In this document: one piece after another, positions 12,473-25,666 of the stretch
Layout: each line of letters opens with the position of its first letter
Position numbering within the stretch: the stretch's first letter is position 1
Assembly (NCBI GenBank): GCA_964106915.2
Contig: OZ066917.1
DNA length: 64,000 bases
Source: Podarcis gaigeae
Lineage: Eukaryota
Direction: 5' to 3' (one strand)
The notes under the pieces: generated by a model
Database searches by the model: none
Seen by the model: only the letters and a program-made list of their open reading frames with translations
What the model was told of the DNA's origin: nothing
Made by a program: the position numbers and the translations under genes

Positions 12473-13099
12473 TCTGGCTGGGCTTCCCCAGCCACTCTGG
12501 GCGGCTTCCAACAAAATATTAAAATACAGTAATGCATCAAACATTAAAAGCTTCTCTAAACAGGGCTGCCTTCATATGTCTTCTAAAAGTGTGGTAGTAG
12601 TTGTTCTCTTTGACATCTGGTGGGAGGGCGTTCCACAGGGCGGGTGCCACTACCGAGAAGCCCTCTGCCTGGTTCCCTGTAACTTGGCTTCTTGCAGTGA
12701 GGGAACCGCCAGAAGGCCCTTGGCACTGGACCTCCGTGTCTGGGCAGAACGATGGGGGTGGAGACACTCCTTCAGATATACAGGACCGAGGCCGTTTAGG
12801 GCTTTAAAGGTCAGCAGCAGTTGTGCTCGGAAATGTACTGGGAGCCAATGTACGGTAGGTCTTTCAAGACTGGTGTTATGTGGTCTTGGTGGCTGCTCCC
12901 AGTCACCAGTCTAGCTGCCACATTCTGGATTAGTTGTAGTTTCTGGGTCACCTTCAAAGGTAGCCCCACATAGAGCACATTGCAGTAGTCCAAGTGAGAG
13001 ATAACCAGAGCATGCACCACTCTGGCGAGACAGTCCGCGGGCAGATAGGGTCTCAGCCTGCGTAAAAGATGGAGCTGGTAAACAGCTGCCCTGGACACA
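12473..13099 (-). mobile_element. L2-clade LINE 3' fragment (RT C-terminus)
   Basis: ORF remnants YQLHLLRRLRPYL..LVISHLDYCNVLYVGLPLK..KLQLIQNVAARLVTG..DHITPVL and FSVVAPALWNALP. Confidence 0.9.
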
Positions 13100-13624
13100 A
13101 GGGATAGAGAACCTCAGACCCAGGGGAGAAATGTTCTCCCCCAGGCCTCTCTATCTAGCCCTTGTGGTTTGCCCAAAGCCATGTCGCCTCACACCAGACC
13201 ACAACTGTGGGACTTGGAAACCACTGCCACATGACCCCAGTAAGTGAGGCTTCAGCACACAGGATGGGGGCAATAGGGGGCAGCATCTTACCATTTCACC
13301 TCTGGGGGTGAAACAGGCTGGGCCACCTCTGGCATAGTCAATCATAAAAATCACCAGCAGCAGATCCTATGCATTTCCGGGGAGGGAAGATACAAAAAAC
13401 CCACACGAACTACCCCACATAGAAAGGGCAGGAGTGGCAATTGTCCTTTCCCTTCTGACTGTCCCACCTAAGCCCATCAGAACCATGCATTCAATGGTTG
13501 CTTTCTGTGAGCCTGTGTAGTTCATTCCCTTTCTAGCTTGTAGCAGTGGGGGGAAGATGATGGAGAGAGAGGCATGTGAAAATAGATAAATTCATCCATC
13601 CATTCTTTTATGTTGAGCTTGGTT

Positions 13625-14265
13625 CTGACGAGCCTAGACATAGTGATCCATGTTTTGGCCATGCTGAGATTTGGCTACTGCAATACAATCTTCATTGGGC
13701 TGCCTTTGAAGATGGCTCTTCAGCTGGTTCAGAATGTGGCCACCAGAGTCCTGATGTGGGTGAGGCTGTTGGAACCAGCTGCACTGTTTGCCAGTGCATT
13801 TGCCAGCACTGTTTTACCCTTTAAATCCTTAAATAGATTTTGGGCCCAAGCTATTTGAAGGACAACTTGCACCTGGCATAAGTCTGTCGATATATTGAGA
13901 CCAACAGATGAAGTTCTCTTTACGTGTCTGCTGTCAAGGTCACTAAGGCTGGCGGCTGCAAGGGAGAAGGCCTTTTCCATTTTGGCCCCAATACCGCCCC
14001 CCCCCGCCGCCGCTAGTGGATTTGCAGTGATTTCCCATGCTTCAACTGTTTCAAAAGACCCTAAAGATAGACTTCTTCTGACTTATTCATTATTGGTGTT
14101 TTATGGCTGAGACTGGGGTTCATTATTGCTGTGGAAAGTGTTTTAATTGGCTGGATGATACTTTTACTTACGGTTCTCTTAGGTTGTTGTATTGTTGATA
14201 TTTAAAAATATTTATTATTCTAAGCTGTCTTTGAGAGGAATTGCCCAGAATGACTGCCTTGAAAT
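13625..14265 (+). mobile_element. Older L2-clade LINE fragment
   Basis: Remnants HVLAMLRFGYCNTIFIGLPLKMALQLVQNVATRVL and REKAFSILAP. Confidence 0.75.
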
Positions 14266-14986
14266 ATATTACATAAATCAAAAATATTAAAAAGGTAGTT
14301 GGCCCCCACAAAGTGCGCTGTGTCTGCTTTACTTCTTGCAACAACTTGAGTAGGGTGCTCACATTGTTGAGTGACCCCACTTGAAATTCTCATCCCATCT
14401 TTACTTTGCACCCTTGATTTAACTCTTGCCTCGGAGCTCCCAAACCCTTACATCCCAGGGTCTTTGGACTTCTTCCTAGTAGTCACTTGTACAAGACTTA
14501 ATCTCAGCCAAATTAAGAATTATCTCTTCCCTTATAAAGCTAGACTGAAAAATGTTTGGTTCTCTGAAACAAACTGAGCAACTGAAAATACTATATCGTG
14601 ACAGCTGCTCAACCAATCCATGTCAGAGGCTTCACTGCCTTTAGCACAAAGCAGATACATGGTGTATTAGAGGCAATCATCTCTTTTAAAGTTTCTTTAT
14701 GGTGAAAAATTCCTTCAGTACTGGGAAGACGTCCAACCTTGTGAATACCTTTTGAATGCCAGGAAGGAAAATCCTATCATAGATAATGAAGTGATGACAG
14801 AAAGCAACAATAGCATACACACAGACACATAGAAGACAAAAAAAAACTTCAAGAGGCTCTCTTTTACTTTAAACTATGGATTAATTTGCCAGCAATTTAT
14901 ACCAAATTGTTCAGGGCTTGTCATACTGCCAGGAAAATCTCTATTAGCTGCTAGCAACTTACCTCAGAAAGCTCCACGTTTCCTCA

Positions 14987-15150
14987 GAACATGATCACTT
15001 CCTCTCAAGCTTCCCAATACTTCCATTTCATCGATCAATTCCTCCCTGCTGGTGAAGATCAGGTCCAGGAGAGGTGATCCCATTGTTGCTTCTTCCATCT
15101 TCTGAGAAATGAAATTGTCAGCAAGGCAACTGAGGGATTTGTTGGACCTT
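14987..15150 (-). mobile_element. CR1 LINE ORF2 endonuclease C-terminal fragment
   Basis: LSCLADNFISQKMEEATMGSPLLDLIFTSREELI..GSLRGSDH matches the CR1 APE end motif (DNF.SQ.V.EPTRG...LDL.LTN..EL...G.LG.SDH). Confidence 0.85.
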
Positions 15151-16560
15151 ACATTCTTAAACCAAACCATCATTCCCTTTTTTAAACTGGGTAATTCTGT
15201 AGAGACCAATTTAACATTTGTAAGCTTCTTTACACAGTTTTTTTGGGCTGTTTAGCTAATATTATGTGTTCTTCAGGTTATGGGTGCTCAATGGCACCTG
15301 TGATGTAACATGATGCCATGATGTCGTGACATCTTGTTGGTGGCACAGCGGTGCTTCCGAGGCCTCGTGGGGTCCTGGAGGTCACATCTGAGGACTTGTG
15401 AGACTTCTGATGTGACTTCTGGTTTCTACTGGAAGTTTCATTCAGAGGCTTGGCAGGGCCTCCAACGTCGCTTCTGGGACCTCACAGGGTCTTGAAGATC
15501 ACGTCCAAGAGGTCACATCAGGGCTCCAACGTGACTTCTGGTAGAAACCAGAAGTCTTGGCAGAGCCCTGTGTTGTGGGTGCCTGGCACCTGGGGCCCCC
15601 TACATCTGGTGCCTATGGTGATCTTCAAATAGCATTCCACTGTTTGTGTATTAACTGACTTAAACTTCCCTACAAAAGGGAAATATGCTACGTGAAGTAT
15701 GCCACAGGTCGTTAAATGCTTTCTTTTTATTGTGTTCTAAAAGATGTGACCAATCTAACTCTATTGAGTTTTCCAATCTCAATAATTAATTTGTAACTTG
15801 GACAATTGTTTTGTCTAGAAGTATGAACAATAACAACAGCAGCAACAATAAATCCATCTGTGGCAATAGTGCTAATGTTTCATGGGTCTGTGTCAAATTG
15901 TCTATTGGAAACTTTGGAAAAAAGGCTTTCTGTCAAATGACCTGAAAGCAACGTAATATGGTCAGTGTAACATGTGGAAGTTCATTGATAGGTGCCTCCA
16001 AATAAATGCTTCTAAAGCAAGTCTTTGTGGGAAGTTGTAATGCCCATGCAAACTTATAGTTAGCTATGGCAAAACCCTAACGATCTGTTTCTTTTCAACC
16101 AAATATCCATCATCACTGGCAGAGAAGACAAGTGCCACAGAATTCCCCCCTTTTAAAAAAGTGTATTTCATACTAATGGACATCTGATTGCATCATATGG
16201 CCATTGCACTTTCTTTTGAATTTCCCAGTCTCAAACTCGGCAGTAACAAAATTGCCAACTGATATCAGTACTTCAGTGGCTCTTTCTGCTCCTGCACTTT
16301 CTTTCAGGATAATCAGGTTTGCCACAATTGACCCCTCACAGCCTGAGGTTCCCTACGCCTGGCTTAAAGACTATTCCGTACTCCAAGCACTAGAAGCATC
16401 ATAATTGTGCTTGGGGAAATGTGACATTTCTTCCAGATAGTGCATCTGCTGTTATTGTGATTGCCACATAAAATGAAGCTGCACAAGGGTTGTAAGGTGC
16501 TGAACATTGTCTGTGTCACCGTTACGTGTTTTTAAATGAAAGAACTATGAAATGTCTGAG

Positions 16561-16674
16561 TCTTTAAAGCAGAGGCTGGATTAGTCTTATCAGGGATGCT
16601 GTAGAAGTTTACTGGATTGGCAGCATGGTAGACGACATGACCTTTGAAGTATCATCTAACTCTATGATTCTATG
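16561..16674 (+). mobile_element. CR1 LINE 3' terminal fragment
   Basis: TTTAAAGCAGAGGCTGGA...AACTCTATGATTCTATG. Confidence 0.8.
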
Positions 16675-17451
16675 CACTTGTTTATTACTGTTATATATTT
16701 TTGTTATTTTTTGGCTGTTAGTCTGCTTTAAAAATACCGAAAGCACTAGACAGTCTCTCCCCCACCTCCGCTCTCTTTCACACACAAAATATCAAAAATG
16801 TTAACATTCATTACCCAACACAACCTTCTGATACACAATCTAAAACAGTAAACTAAAAATAGCTTTTAATTGAATATTTTCCAGAAGGGCTGATCTCACC
16901 CATTGAAAACACAACCTTTTCTGGAAGTGTGTCCAGATAATTACTCAAAAATTGAAAACCTAAAGTTACTTTAATGAAATCTAGCTGCATCTTTGTTGCT
17001 TTACTTTTGCAGGTCCTCCAGCCTTGAATTGATCCTAATCGGTTGAAGACTGTTTGTAACAATTCCATTCAGCCACAACCCTGGCAACAATATAGGATGT
17101 ACTTCCTTTTGTGTCCTATATTGAACTTTCTGACTCCTTTTGTTATCTGCCTTTCCATTTTAATTATCTCTCTAGGTGCCTTGTCAAATTAGTGTAAACA
17201 AATTACATGCTGTAAATTAAAAAATAATGTAATTACTATATAGCTTCTTATTAGCTGTTAACACATATGCCTTTGGACAGGCTTAACTCAGATGCATTAT
17301 AACGCTTAAAGTAAGTGACCTGCCAAGAGCTTTAGAGAAATTATTTCTTAAAAAAAAAAGACTGAAGCAACACAATTAATTAAAAGATTACATACTTGAG
17401 ATGGTTGTTGGATCCAGAGATTCTATTGTGTTTGAAAAGTCATATGCATAA

Positions 17452-17650
17452 AGAGAGCCACTGAGGCTTGGAGACTCATACTCAAATCTCCACAAGCATG
17501 GAGTTCATGGGATGACCTTGGCCCAGTCATATTTCTCAGGCTTAACTACCTCTCAGGGTGGTTCTGATGATAAAATGGGTGGGGGCAACTGAGCACACTG
17601 CCTTGAGCTCTTTGGAGCATGAGTTGGACAAACACATAATAAATAAAAGT
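17452..17650 (+). mobile_element. MIR/CORE-type SINE, old
   Basis: Core-like GGATGACCTTGGCCCAGTCA..TCTCAGGCTTAACTACCTCTCAGGGTGGTT...ATAAAATGG and an A-rich tail. Confidence 0.65.
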
Positions 17651-17831
17651 AAAGGCCAGATTCCCCGAATTGAGATCACACTTAGGTGTAATACCGCTGA
17701 GTGAAAATTGTAGCATTTTCTCCACAATAACTTTTGGTGGTTCTTTGAAAACCATGTGGCCACGTCCATGAAAAGCACTATTCTACCACCCTAACAGTCA
17801 TGGATTCCCATAAAGAATTCTGTGAACTGTA

Positions 17832-18510
17832 CCTTTGAAGGTGACTCAGAAACTACAACTAATCCACAATGTGGCTGCCGGACTGTTGACTGGGAGCAGC
17901 CACTGGGACCATATAAGACCAGTCCATTAGCTCACAGTATGTTTCCGAGAACAATTCAAAGTTTTGGTGCTGACCTTTAAAGCTCTAAACGGCCTCGGTC
18001 CTGTATACCTGAAGGAGCGTTTCCACCCCCATTGTTCAGCCCAGACACTGAGGTCCAGCTCTGATGGCCAGTGGCGCAGCGTGGGGGGTGCAGGGGGGGC
18101 CGGCCACACCGGGCGCAACATCTGGGGGTTAGGGTTAGGGGGTGCAAATCCACGGGTTAGGGGGCGCAAATCCATGGGTTAAGGGGTGCAAATTACTTGC
18201 CTTGCCCCGGGTGCTGACAACCCATGCTACGCCACTGCTGACGGCCTTCTGGCGGTTCCCTCACTGCAAAAAGTGAGGTTACAGGGAACCAGGCAGAGGG
18301 TCTTCTTGGTGGTGGCACCCGACCTTTAGAATGTTGCCTTCCCATCAGATGTTGAGGAAATAAGCAACTATCTGACTTTTAGAAGACATCTGAAGGTAGC
18401 CCTGTATAGAGAAGTTTTTAATGTTTGGTGTCTTACTGCATTTTAATTTGTTGGAAGCTGCCCAAGTGGCTCGGCAACTCAATCAGGTGGGTGGCATATA
18501 AATTGTTGTT
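17832..18510 (+). mobile_element. L2-clade LINE 3' end with a nested hAT MITE
   Basis: Remnant VLTFKALNGLGPVYLKER; the L2 resumes at 18238 with CTTCTGGCGGTTCCCTCACTG...CAGAGGG. Confidence 0.9.
18069..18237. mobile_element. hAT-type MITE with internal 22-bp TTAGGG-containing repeats
   Basis: TIRs CAGTGGCGCAGCGTGGG / CCCATGCTACGCCACTG. 8-bp TSD CTGATGGC (18061-18068) / CTGACGGC (18238-18245). Confidence 0.9.
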
Positions 18511-20477
18511 GTTTGTTAAGGGTGCAGGGTGGTGATAGACCGATTCCCTTTGTGGATCTACAGTTCCCAGAGTGGTTCAACAATCAACATATCATCTCAG
18601 GATCTCTGGGAATTGTAACTCTGTGAAAGGAACAGGGGTCTCCTAACAACCATAAGCACTTTTGTAACTGGACTTTTGGGGGTAAGCTATGTCTGTTAAA
18701 GTAGTATAATTGTGCTTTAAATGTATGACATGGCTACAGCCTGATTTTAACACAAAAGCAGTTCTATGATGCTAAGGGGTTCTCACTGGTGCATAGTAAA
18801 CATGTTCTTTACACCAGCGCCTTTTTATGGTTTTGTGTGAGGGGTTCTGTTCAACAAGGAAGGTTATAACAAGAATAGAGGGCTAATAAGCAATTTCATT
18901 AGCATGCTGCTATGAGATTTCCTGTGCTCATCAAAAATATATGCTGTCTGTAGTTTTATGATGTTAAACTCACTAAGGTCAGAACATCTCAAAATAAATT
19001 GGGCAATATTACAAGGTAAAAAAAAATCACACTTTGAAAGAAACTTACAGATAAGAAGATTCTAGTGTCACATTGAAACTTTCTAACTGGATGAAGAAAG
19101 GGGAATGGACAAAGCCATTTTATGCAAAAGTATGGAATAAAAAAACCCTACAAAATATAATTGTTTTTTTGTGCTTTTTTGCAATGTATTTGCATGCACT
19201 TTAAATTCCACATAAAGGGCCATTTTTAGCTTTGTCAAGCTTCCACATTACTTTGTTCAGAAGGAAGGGTCATGGAAAGACCAAATTGCATTGTATTTTT
19301 CTTAGATGAACAACTAAGATATTTAGAAATACATATGCCAAATGTAAATTGTGAATGTGTATTATACAATTATACTTGTCAGGGAGTGATGACTGCCTCT
19401 CTCTTTGTTGAGTGCTTCTGTACGTGAAACCTGAAGAGTGAAAAGACCTTAACACTGCAGTGCTATACATATGTATGTGGGAGTAAGACCCATACTCCTT
19501 TTATCGTTTCCCAATACTGTTTCCTGCTTCTAGTGCTGTGTTTTCAGGGAGTTACTGAATCAGTGTTCTGTGACCAGCAGATGACCTAAATTAGTTCTGT
19601 TGTGTGAATAGTTAAGTATGAGCCATGCATGCCCTTGATTTGTTTTAATTTTTTCTTTGTGCTAATTCATTGGGACTCATAAATATGTGCAAGAAGCATT
19701 TATGGGATGTTGCAAGCTCTGCCCCTGGCTTTCACGCTCACTCATCCTTAACCCTGCTAGAATTAAGAGATATACATAATAAATGATTCATTATGAGCAA
19801 TTATCTCTGGAGATTTTTTTTTAATCTTATCAAACCATAGACTATGTCAATCATATGCTAATTCTCACATGGAATTACATCTAATAAGCATCCACTTTTA
19901 AGTTTGGTAACTCATTTCAATCACATAGTTTTGCGGAGAAAAGGATCTCTGATTCCAGGAAGAAATACAATGATACTTTATTTTAATCCATCCACAACCA
20001 CATTAGCTGTCAACAGAACAACCCCTGGAGTCTCCAGGATTTCTCATAAACTTTCATCAAGAGCAAATCAATCATTTCTGGGGGGAAATAAGCATCTAGA
20101 TCCCAGTGGTTGAGTACAAACTTCAAACAGATGACATGTATTAAATGAGATGTTTGATCATGTGATTCTGTGAACATGTGTTAATACTCATTTCTCATTG
20201 AAACAATGCCTTGCAACAAAGGACCCAGAGCAAATATTATTGGAAGAATAGAACACAACATTAATAATATACCCTGTGGTAAACATTAAAAAGCATTGGG
20301 GGAAAATACCAAATTGACAAAAATGACACTCTCAAGAAATATTAAAAGGCTAATATTCTGTATCAAGCAAGCAACTTCCATTAAGGTTAATTGGAAATGT
20401 GAGGCAAATTGCGTTCATGAAAAGAGTACTTTCAGTATAATTAATCTGCTAGGCTATAGTACCGCTGGAAAGGACGG

Positions 20478-20670
20478 AGGAATTATAATGGATGATGAGT
20501 TTAACATGAGTCAATAATGTGATGCTGTTGCAAAAATGGAAAATGCTACTACAGGATCAATTGATGAACATCTATGATAAGCAATAGCACTGATTTACTG
20601 AAGGGAGGTGGATTTTTAAATTAGATTCTAGGGAGAGCTTCCTAGCCATGAGACCATTGGGCCAGTGGAA
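20478..20670 (+). mobile_element. Degraded CR1 RT fragments
   Basis: GIIMDDEFNMSQ*CDAVAKMENA resembles CR1 LGV.VD..LNMSQQC..AAKKAN. The downstream TTTAAATTAGATTCTAGGGAGAGCTTCC..CAGTGGAA is also CR1-like. Confidence 0.65.
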
Positions 20671-20827
20671 GAGCACATGGAAAGGTGGGTGGAATTTTAT
20701 GATCATTTTACCAGGTTTATCTTGATCTAATGATTTGACTTTGCTTAAAATAATGTGGATTAGTGACTCATGCATTACCCTATTCCTGTAGATGATCCAA
20801 AAGACGTCCAAGCTTCAGATTAATCAG

Positions 20828-21040
20828 AAAGAGCTTTGCTGGATCAGACCAAAGGTCCATCTAATGCAGCGTCTTTGTTCTCACAGTGGCCAACCAGCTG
20901 CCTCTGGGAAACCTGCAAACATGACTTGAGTACAATAGCACTCTACCTACATGTGAGTGCTATTCCCCAAAAGCTGATGTTCAGAGACCCTATTCTTCAT
21001 GGATTTATCAAACCCCCTCACAAACCCATCCAAGATTGGT
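20828..21040 (-). mobile_element. CR1-type LINE 3' end
   Basis: GCTGGATCAGACCAAAGGTCCATCTA...CACAGTGGCCAACCAG, as recalled for the reverse strand of squamate CR1 3' ends. Confidence 0.65.
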
Positions 21041-24000
21041 AGAGTATGGAGGGAGGAGAAGAAGGGGAAACGTCATTGCACAAATGAAATGCTACTTTCA
21101 TGATTCTAGATAAAACCCAATAAATAAAATACAAACTTTGTTCTGAGTTGAATCAATAGCACACTTCCCACTGATTTTAAAATATGGGGTTTGGAGTGCC
21201 ATCTTGTCAAGCTTGCAATATAGGATGACTGCAGTTATGTGTACTGTAGATTGTACTCTTAGTAACAAAATCCACACAGAACTGTAAGTGTAAGCTTTCT
21301 AGTGTTCACAACCTTTAAACAACAGCATAGCCATGTTTTCCTTTGCTTCCATCAGCACCTTGTGAAGAACAACCTGAGGTACAAAACTTGCCGGTGCAGA
21401 AAATAAGTAAACATAGAACAGAAAATAAGTAAGCTGTGAAACAGCGACAGTTGCAAGTTCCAGCCTCAAGGAAACATTCAGAGGATCAGATCACTTAAAC
21501 TGATTTTCAGTACAGTTGAGCAGCAATATTGGAATTTCAGCTGAATTTATTCCAGTAAGTTTGTTCACCATTATTATTATTTTTTTTTTATCATTTAATG
21601 AATTTATACTCCGCTTCCCACTGTATGGCTCAAAGCAGCTTCCAGTAAAAATAAAACTTTGTGTGAGGGGGACAGACAAGGCCACAGAGCGACTTGGAAG
21701 CTTAGTGAGTACCTGGTCTGATCCGAGATGCCTTCTTAACAGGTTGATCCAACTCAGAATTTTTTTGGAACCACAATCATTGCAAATATAGTTAGAGACC
21801 TGTAGTGAAACATCTCCACATTACTTCAGGCAATATGCAAAATACAAAGCAGACAGTCATCACTGGTGATCTTTTTGAACCCTTCAACTTCCAACCCCCC
21901 CTTGTGTGCCTTATCTATTTTGTCCCATTGTTGTTCCTATCCTTCGTAAAAGTTGTTCCCTGCTAGGTAATGTAAATTTGATTCCAGTCAGTAGCTACTT
22001 GTTTTTTTGCTTCCCCCCTCCCTAATTATTGCCTTAAAAAAATATTCTTGTTCAGTTTTGCCTATGAATGTGAGAAATACAGAGTTTTCTTTTTTGGGGG
22101 AAAAACTAATATTGTGAAGGGAAGATAGAATTAGAGGTCAAAAATGAATTATTATTCACCTCCAATGAGCCATTAACGCTTTGGGGAGTTGAATACACTC
22201 TATGACTGACTCTTCAAAGGTGAATAATTGACTAATGGATACAAAGGGGGTTATTAATCTCCACTCCCCAGCTTGGGGCAAAGATTGTGGAGTGTCACAA
22301 CCAATCCTGATGGCTGTTTTGATGGACAGGCCCTTTGTGCACGCCTTTTCTTGAAAACCATAGGAACTGATTGGGTTGTGGTGTAAAATGAAGTCCTGGC
22401 AGGTCACTTTTTGAATTTTGCCAGAAAATTATAACCTGCATGACAAGAGCAGAGCAGCCCATTTCTAGGATGCTGTTTTTGCCAAATATGAAAAGCAGCT
22501 TTTTCATAAAAGCTGTTTTTTAAAAGATAAAAATAGAGGGGAAAATAAAATTTGATCTCTTTCTGTTGGAAAATGAAAACTGGAAAATGTTGCATGTTTT
22601 AACAACAGTAAGGATCACCCCCACTCCTGTCAAATCTTATTTCCCCTTTTTTAAAAGGGAGCCATGATTGCCTCTCTTTTTTCTAATGCCATAACAGTAT
22701 GTACAGAAAAAGTTAAAAACTTCAGCCTAAAGGTCTTCAAGAAGTTATGAATACAGTAAATGGAAGTATTTATGTGAACATTGAGGGCAACAGCACAGCA
22801 AACACTGTGGCTGTCCAATCCTCATTCCTTTCAGTGTGACTGTACAAAGCCCAGACAACTTCACATCACTGTGAATTGAACCTCCTGCTGCAGCACTGAC
22901 ATACTTAAAACACGAGAGCTTCCATTTCAATCTTCTTTTAAATATGTGTCCTTAAATTACTTGCTCGCTTTTATCTATTTCAACAACTACTATGCATGTA
23001 GTTGAAGAACTTTAGCCTAATGGTTGCCATCAATTTGATTTGAATTAATTTTATAATGAAATGATTTTAGAATGTTGTACTATTTTGTTGTTGTTAGCCG
23101 CCCTGAGCCTGACTTCGGCTGGGGAGGGCAGGATATAAATAAAATTTATTATTATTATGTGTTTACAAAAGAGATACAAAGGGGGGAAAACAGTTCAAAT
23201 TCATCAGAAAAACTTACTTAAAATGCCCGCTGAAGTAATAATAGTAAAAGTTTACACCTAACACTGGAAGCCTAACAATAAAGAGGCCTGCCAGCCTGTC
23301 CTCAACTGAAAGGGAGTTCCACAGGCTCACAATACTGAATGCATGGCTCATAGCCAGAGCTGGCCCACCCATGCGGTGGGATGAGGCAGTTGCCTCAAGC
23401 AGCACCCCCAAGGGACAACACTCCCATTCCACCACCCAGCTTTGCTGCCAGTCTCCTTGGCCTCTAGGGGCAGAGAGGCCCAGTGGCAAAGGTCTGTGGA
23501 ACGCCTCCCCTTTGCCAGGTCAGTGAGAGGGGAGGCTTTCTGCCATCTAGCTTTGCTGCCGGGCAGGAGGGGGAGCTCTCTCCTCCCCCACCTGACAGTG
23601 GGGCAGGGCTCTGGTGTATCTTCTCAAACGCAGTGCAATGCCCCATTGCTGTGTGGGATTGCCAGTTGGGGGAGAGGCTCTGCAACATAGAACTGGAGAG
23701 CTGGAAGGGACCATATAGATCAATCACTATGTGTAGAAAGGTCCTCTTTTGCCAGGCTGCAATGCAGCCCACTATATAAATTTAAAAGTAACACCGGTTA
23801 CTCCACCCACTTCTGCCACCACTGGCATATGGGCTCCCGACAGTTGCACCCATGACAGAATGCAGCCCTCAGGCTGAAAAAGGTTCCTTACCACCACTGG
23901 TGCACAACTTTCTTAACCATTACTAGACTTCTCAGGGCCAAACCAGAGGCGATGCTTAAAAAGTCGCTTGAAGTTTTATTATTTTTCTTGCTTTATTTAT

Positions 24001-24395
24001 TTATTTAGTGCCAATAGCTGTAATGTGGCAGATTTTTGTCAGGATTGTGGCATGTGAGAGAAGAAGGGGTTGTTTATTATGTATACTGTTTAATATGCAG
24101 AATTCCTATGGGGATTTTTTTGTACATAAAAGATACTAAAACCAATATAACTATCTATCTATCTCACGGAAGACACAAAAATGTACAGAAATATATCAAT
24201 GAAACAGCAGTAGAACAAGCAGTACAATAAACCCTTATGAGCCAGGAAATGCCTACAGAAAAGATAAAGTCTTCAGGAGACATTTAAAGATGACTCCTGT
24301 TTCCACCTCATGAACTACACCCGGGAGGAGTGCTGACGCGGTGGCTCAGGCAGCTGCAGGCTCTGCGCTGCTCAAAAAATCAACATGGGCCTGTG

Positions 24396-24790
24396 TGTCG
24401 TAGTCCTGTGCTGCCAGCCATGGCAGAGCTCAGGGGAGGGGGAAGCCAGCCAACCAGCAGAGTCTCAGGGGAGTACTTGCCTGGAGGCAGAGTCCATATA
24501 CAAGGGACAGTCCAGTTCTAAGGTCAGGAGTATCTCAGTTCATGTAGTCAGACTATAGGGGGGTCAAGAAAGCCAAGGATCCAAGGTCACAAGAAGCAGC
24601 AAGGTCTGGTCAGGAACGACAAATATTGTTTCCAGCAACTGACTGAGGCCGGAAACCCTGCTTAAGAAAGCTGGAGCCAGCTAGTTCTCATCAAGAGCAA
24701 GAAGGCTGATGAGCAGCAGGTGGAGTTACTTCGCCTTCTGCTCCTTCAGGCTGCTGCTCAGCAGGTGAAGCAGACTACTGGCCCATGACA
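24396..24790 (-). mobile_element. Gypsy-like solo LTR
   Basis: TGTCGT...ATGACA termini (TG..CA with a short inverted repeat). 5-bp flanks CTGTG / CTGCA, both derivable from CTGCG by CpG decay. Strand is tentative. Confidence 0.7.
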
Positions 24791-25666
24791 CTGCAGGGCA
24801 CCAGGGAGAAATGGGGCTCAGGCACTGAGATTCTGGTGTGTCCTGTCCCATCCTGCCTCTCCCCACATCCCATGCGTGGTGCCTGCACCGTGGGCATCCA
24901 CATTGCCCCGGGCACTCAAGCAGCTAGCTACACCACTGTTCGGGCAAGAGTCTTTCCCATTCCTATGTGCAGATGATGGGGACTGAATCTGTGAGCTTTT
25001 GCATGCAAACAGTTTGCTCTACTATTGAGCCGTGGCCCTCGGGGATCTTGAAGTTAGGGAATCATATAATTGTCCAGTAAAATATCTGACATACTTTCTC
25101 AGCATATCAGGCAAGTGTGTACCTCCCCCCTCCTTCCCACACTTGCATTAGTCGTGATCCTGGCCTTTGCGGTGAGATTCACTTACAGCCAGAAGTGCAA
25201 GAGCATAACCTGCTCAGGCTGAGATATAAATGATGTTTCTCTTGTCTACTAGTGGAGAACAAGTAATTTACAAAAGCCAAATGGCTATCAGATGCTTCCA
25301 TTAAGATTATACAACCTTACTAATTGTGCTCAAATGCTGTCCATTATGAAAGTACAGGTTCATATTGATCTGCACAGGACATGGAAATGTTGTTCAGGTG
25401 AAAATAGGGGCCCTTGGCTGAAAAAGGTTTCTGAACCCTTCTATACAGTTCTCCATATTTTCCAGGTTTGTTGATCACTGACATTGAAGACAGGTGCCAG
25501 GATTTAGCTCCAGCAAGCACAAATTAAGCCACTCCCATTGCACCAAAATAGCAAGCTGATCACCAATGTTCTGATTAGAACATTATTTTCAATTAGACAA
25601 TCCTCTGCTGCCCCAGTGTGGGATCTTATGGGAGAAAGAGGTGAGGATCAATTCATCCAAATGGAG

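Noticed and set aside
12264-12914. 216-aa ORF
   Set aside because: It spans the N gap and the antisense strand of an L2 fragment.
18126-18195. CRISPR-like or true telomeric array
   Set aside because: Only three adjacent units without spacers, inside a eukaryotic MITE.
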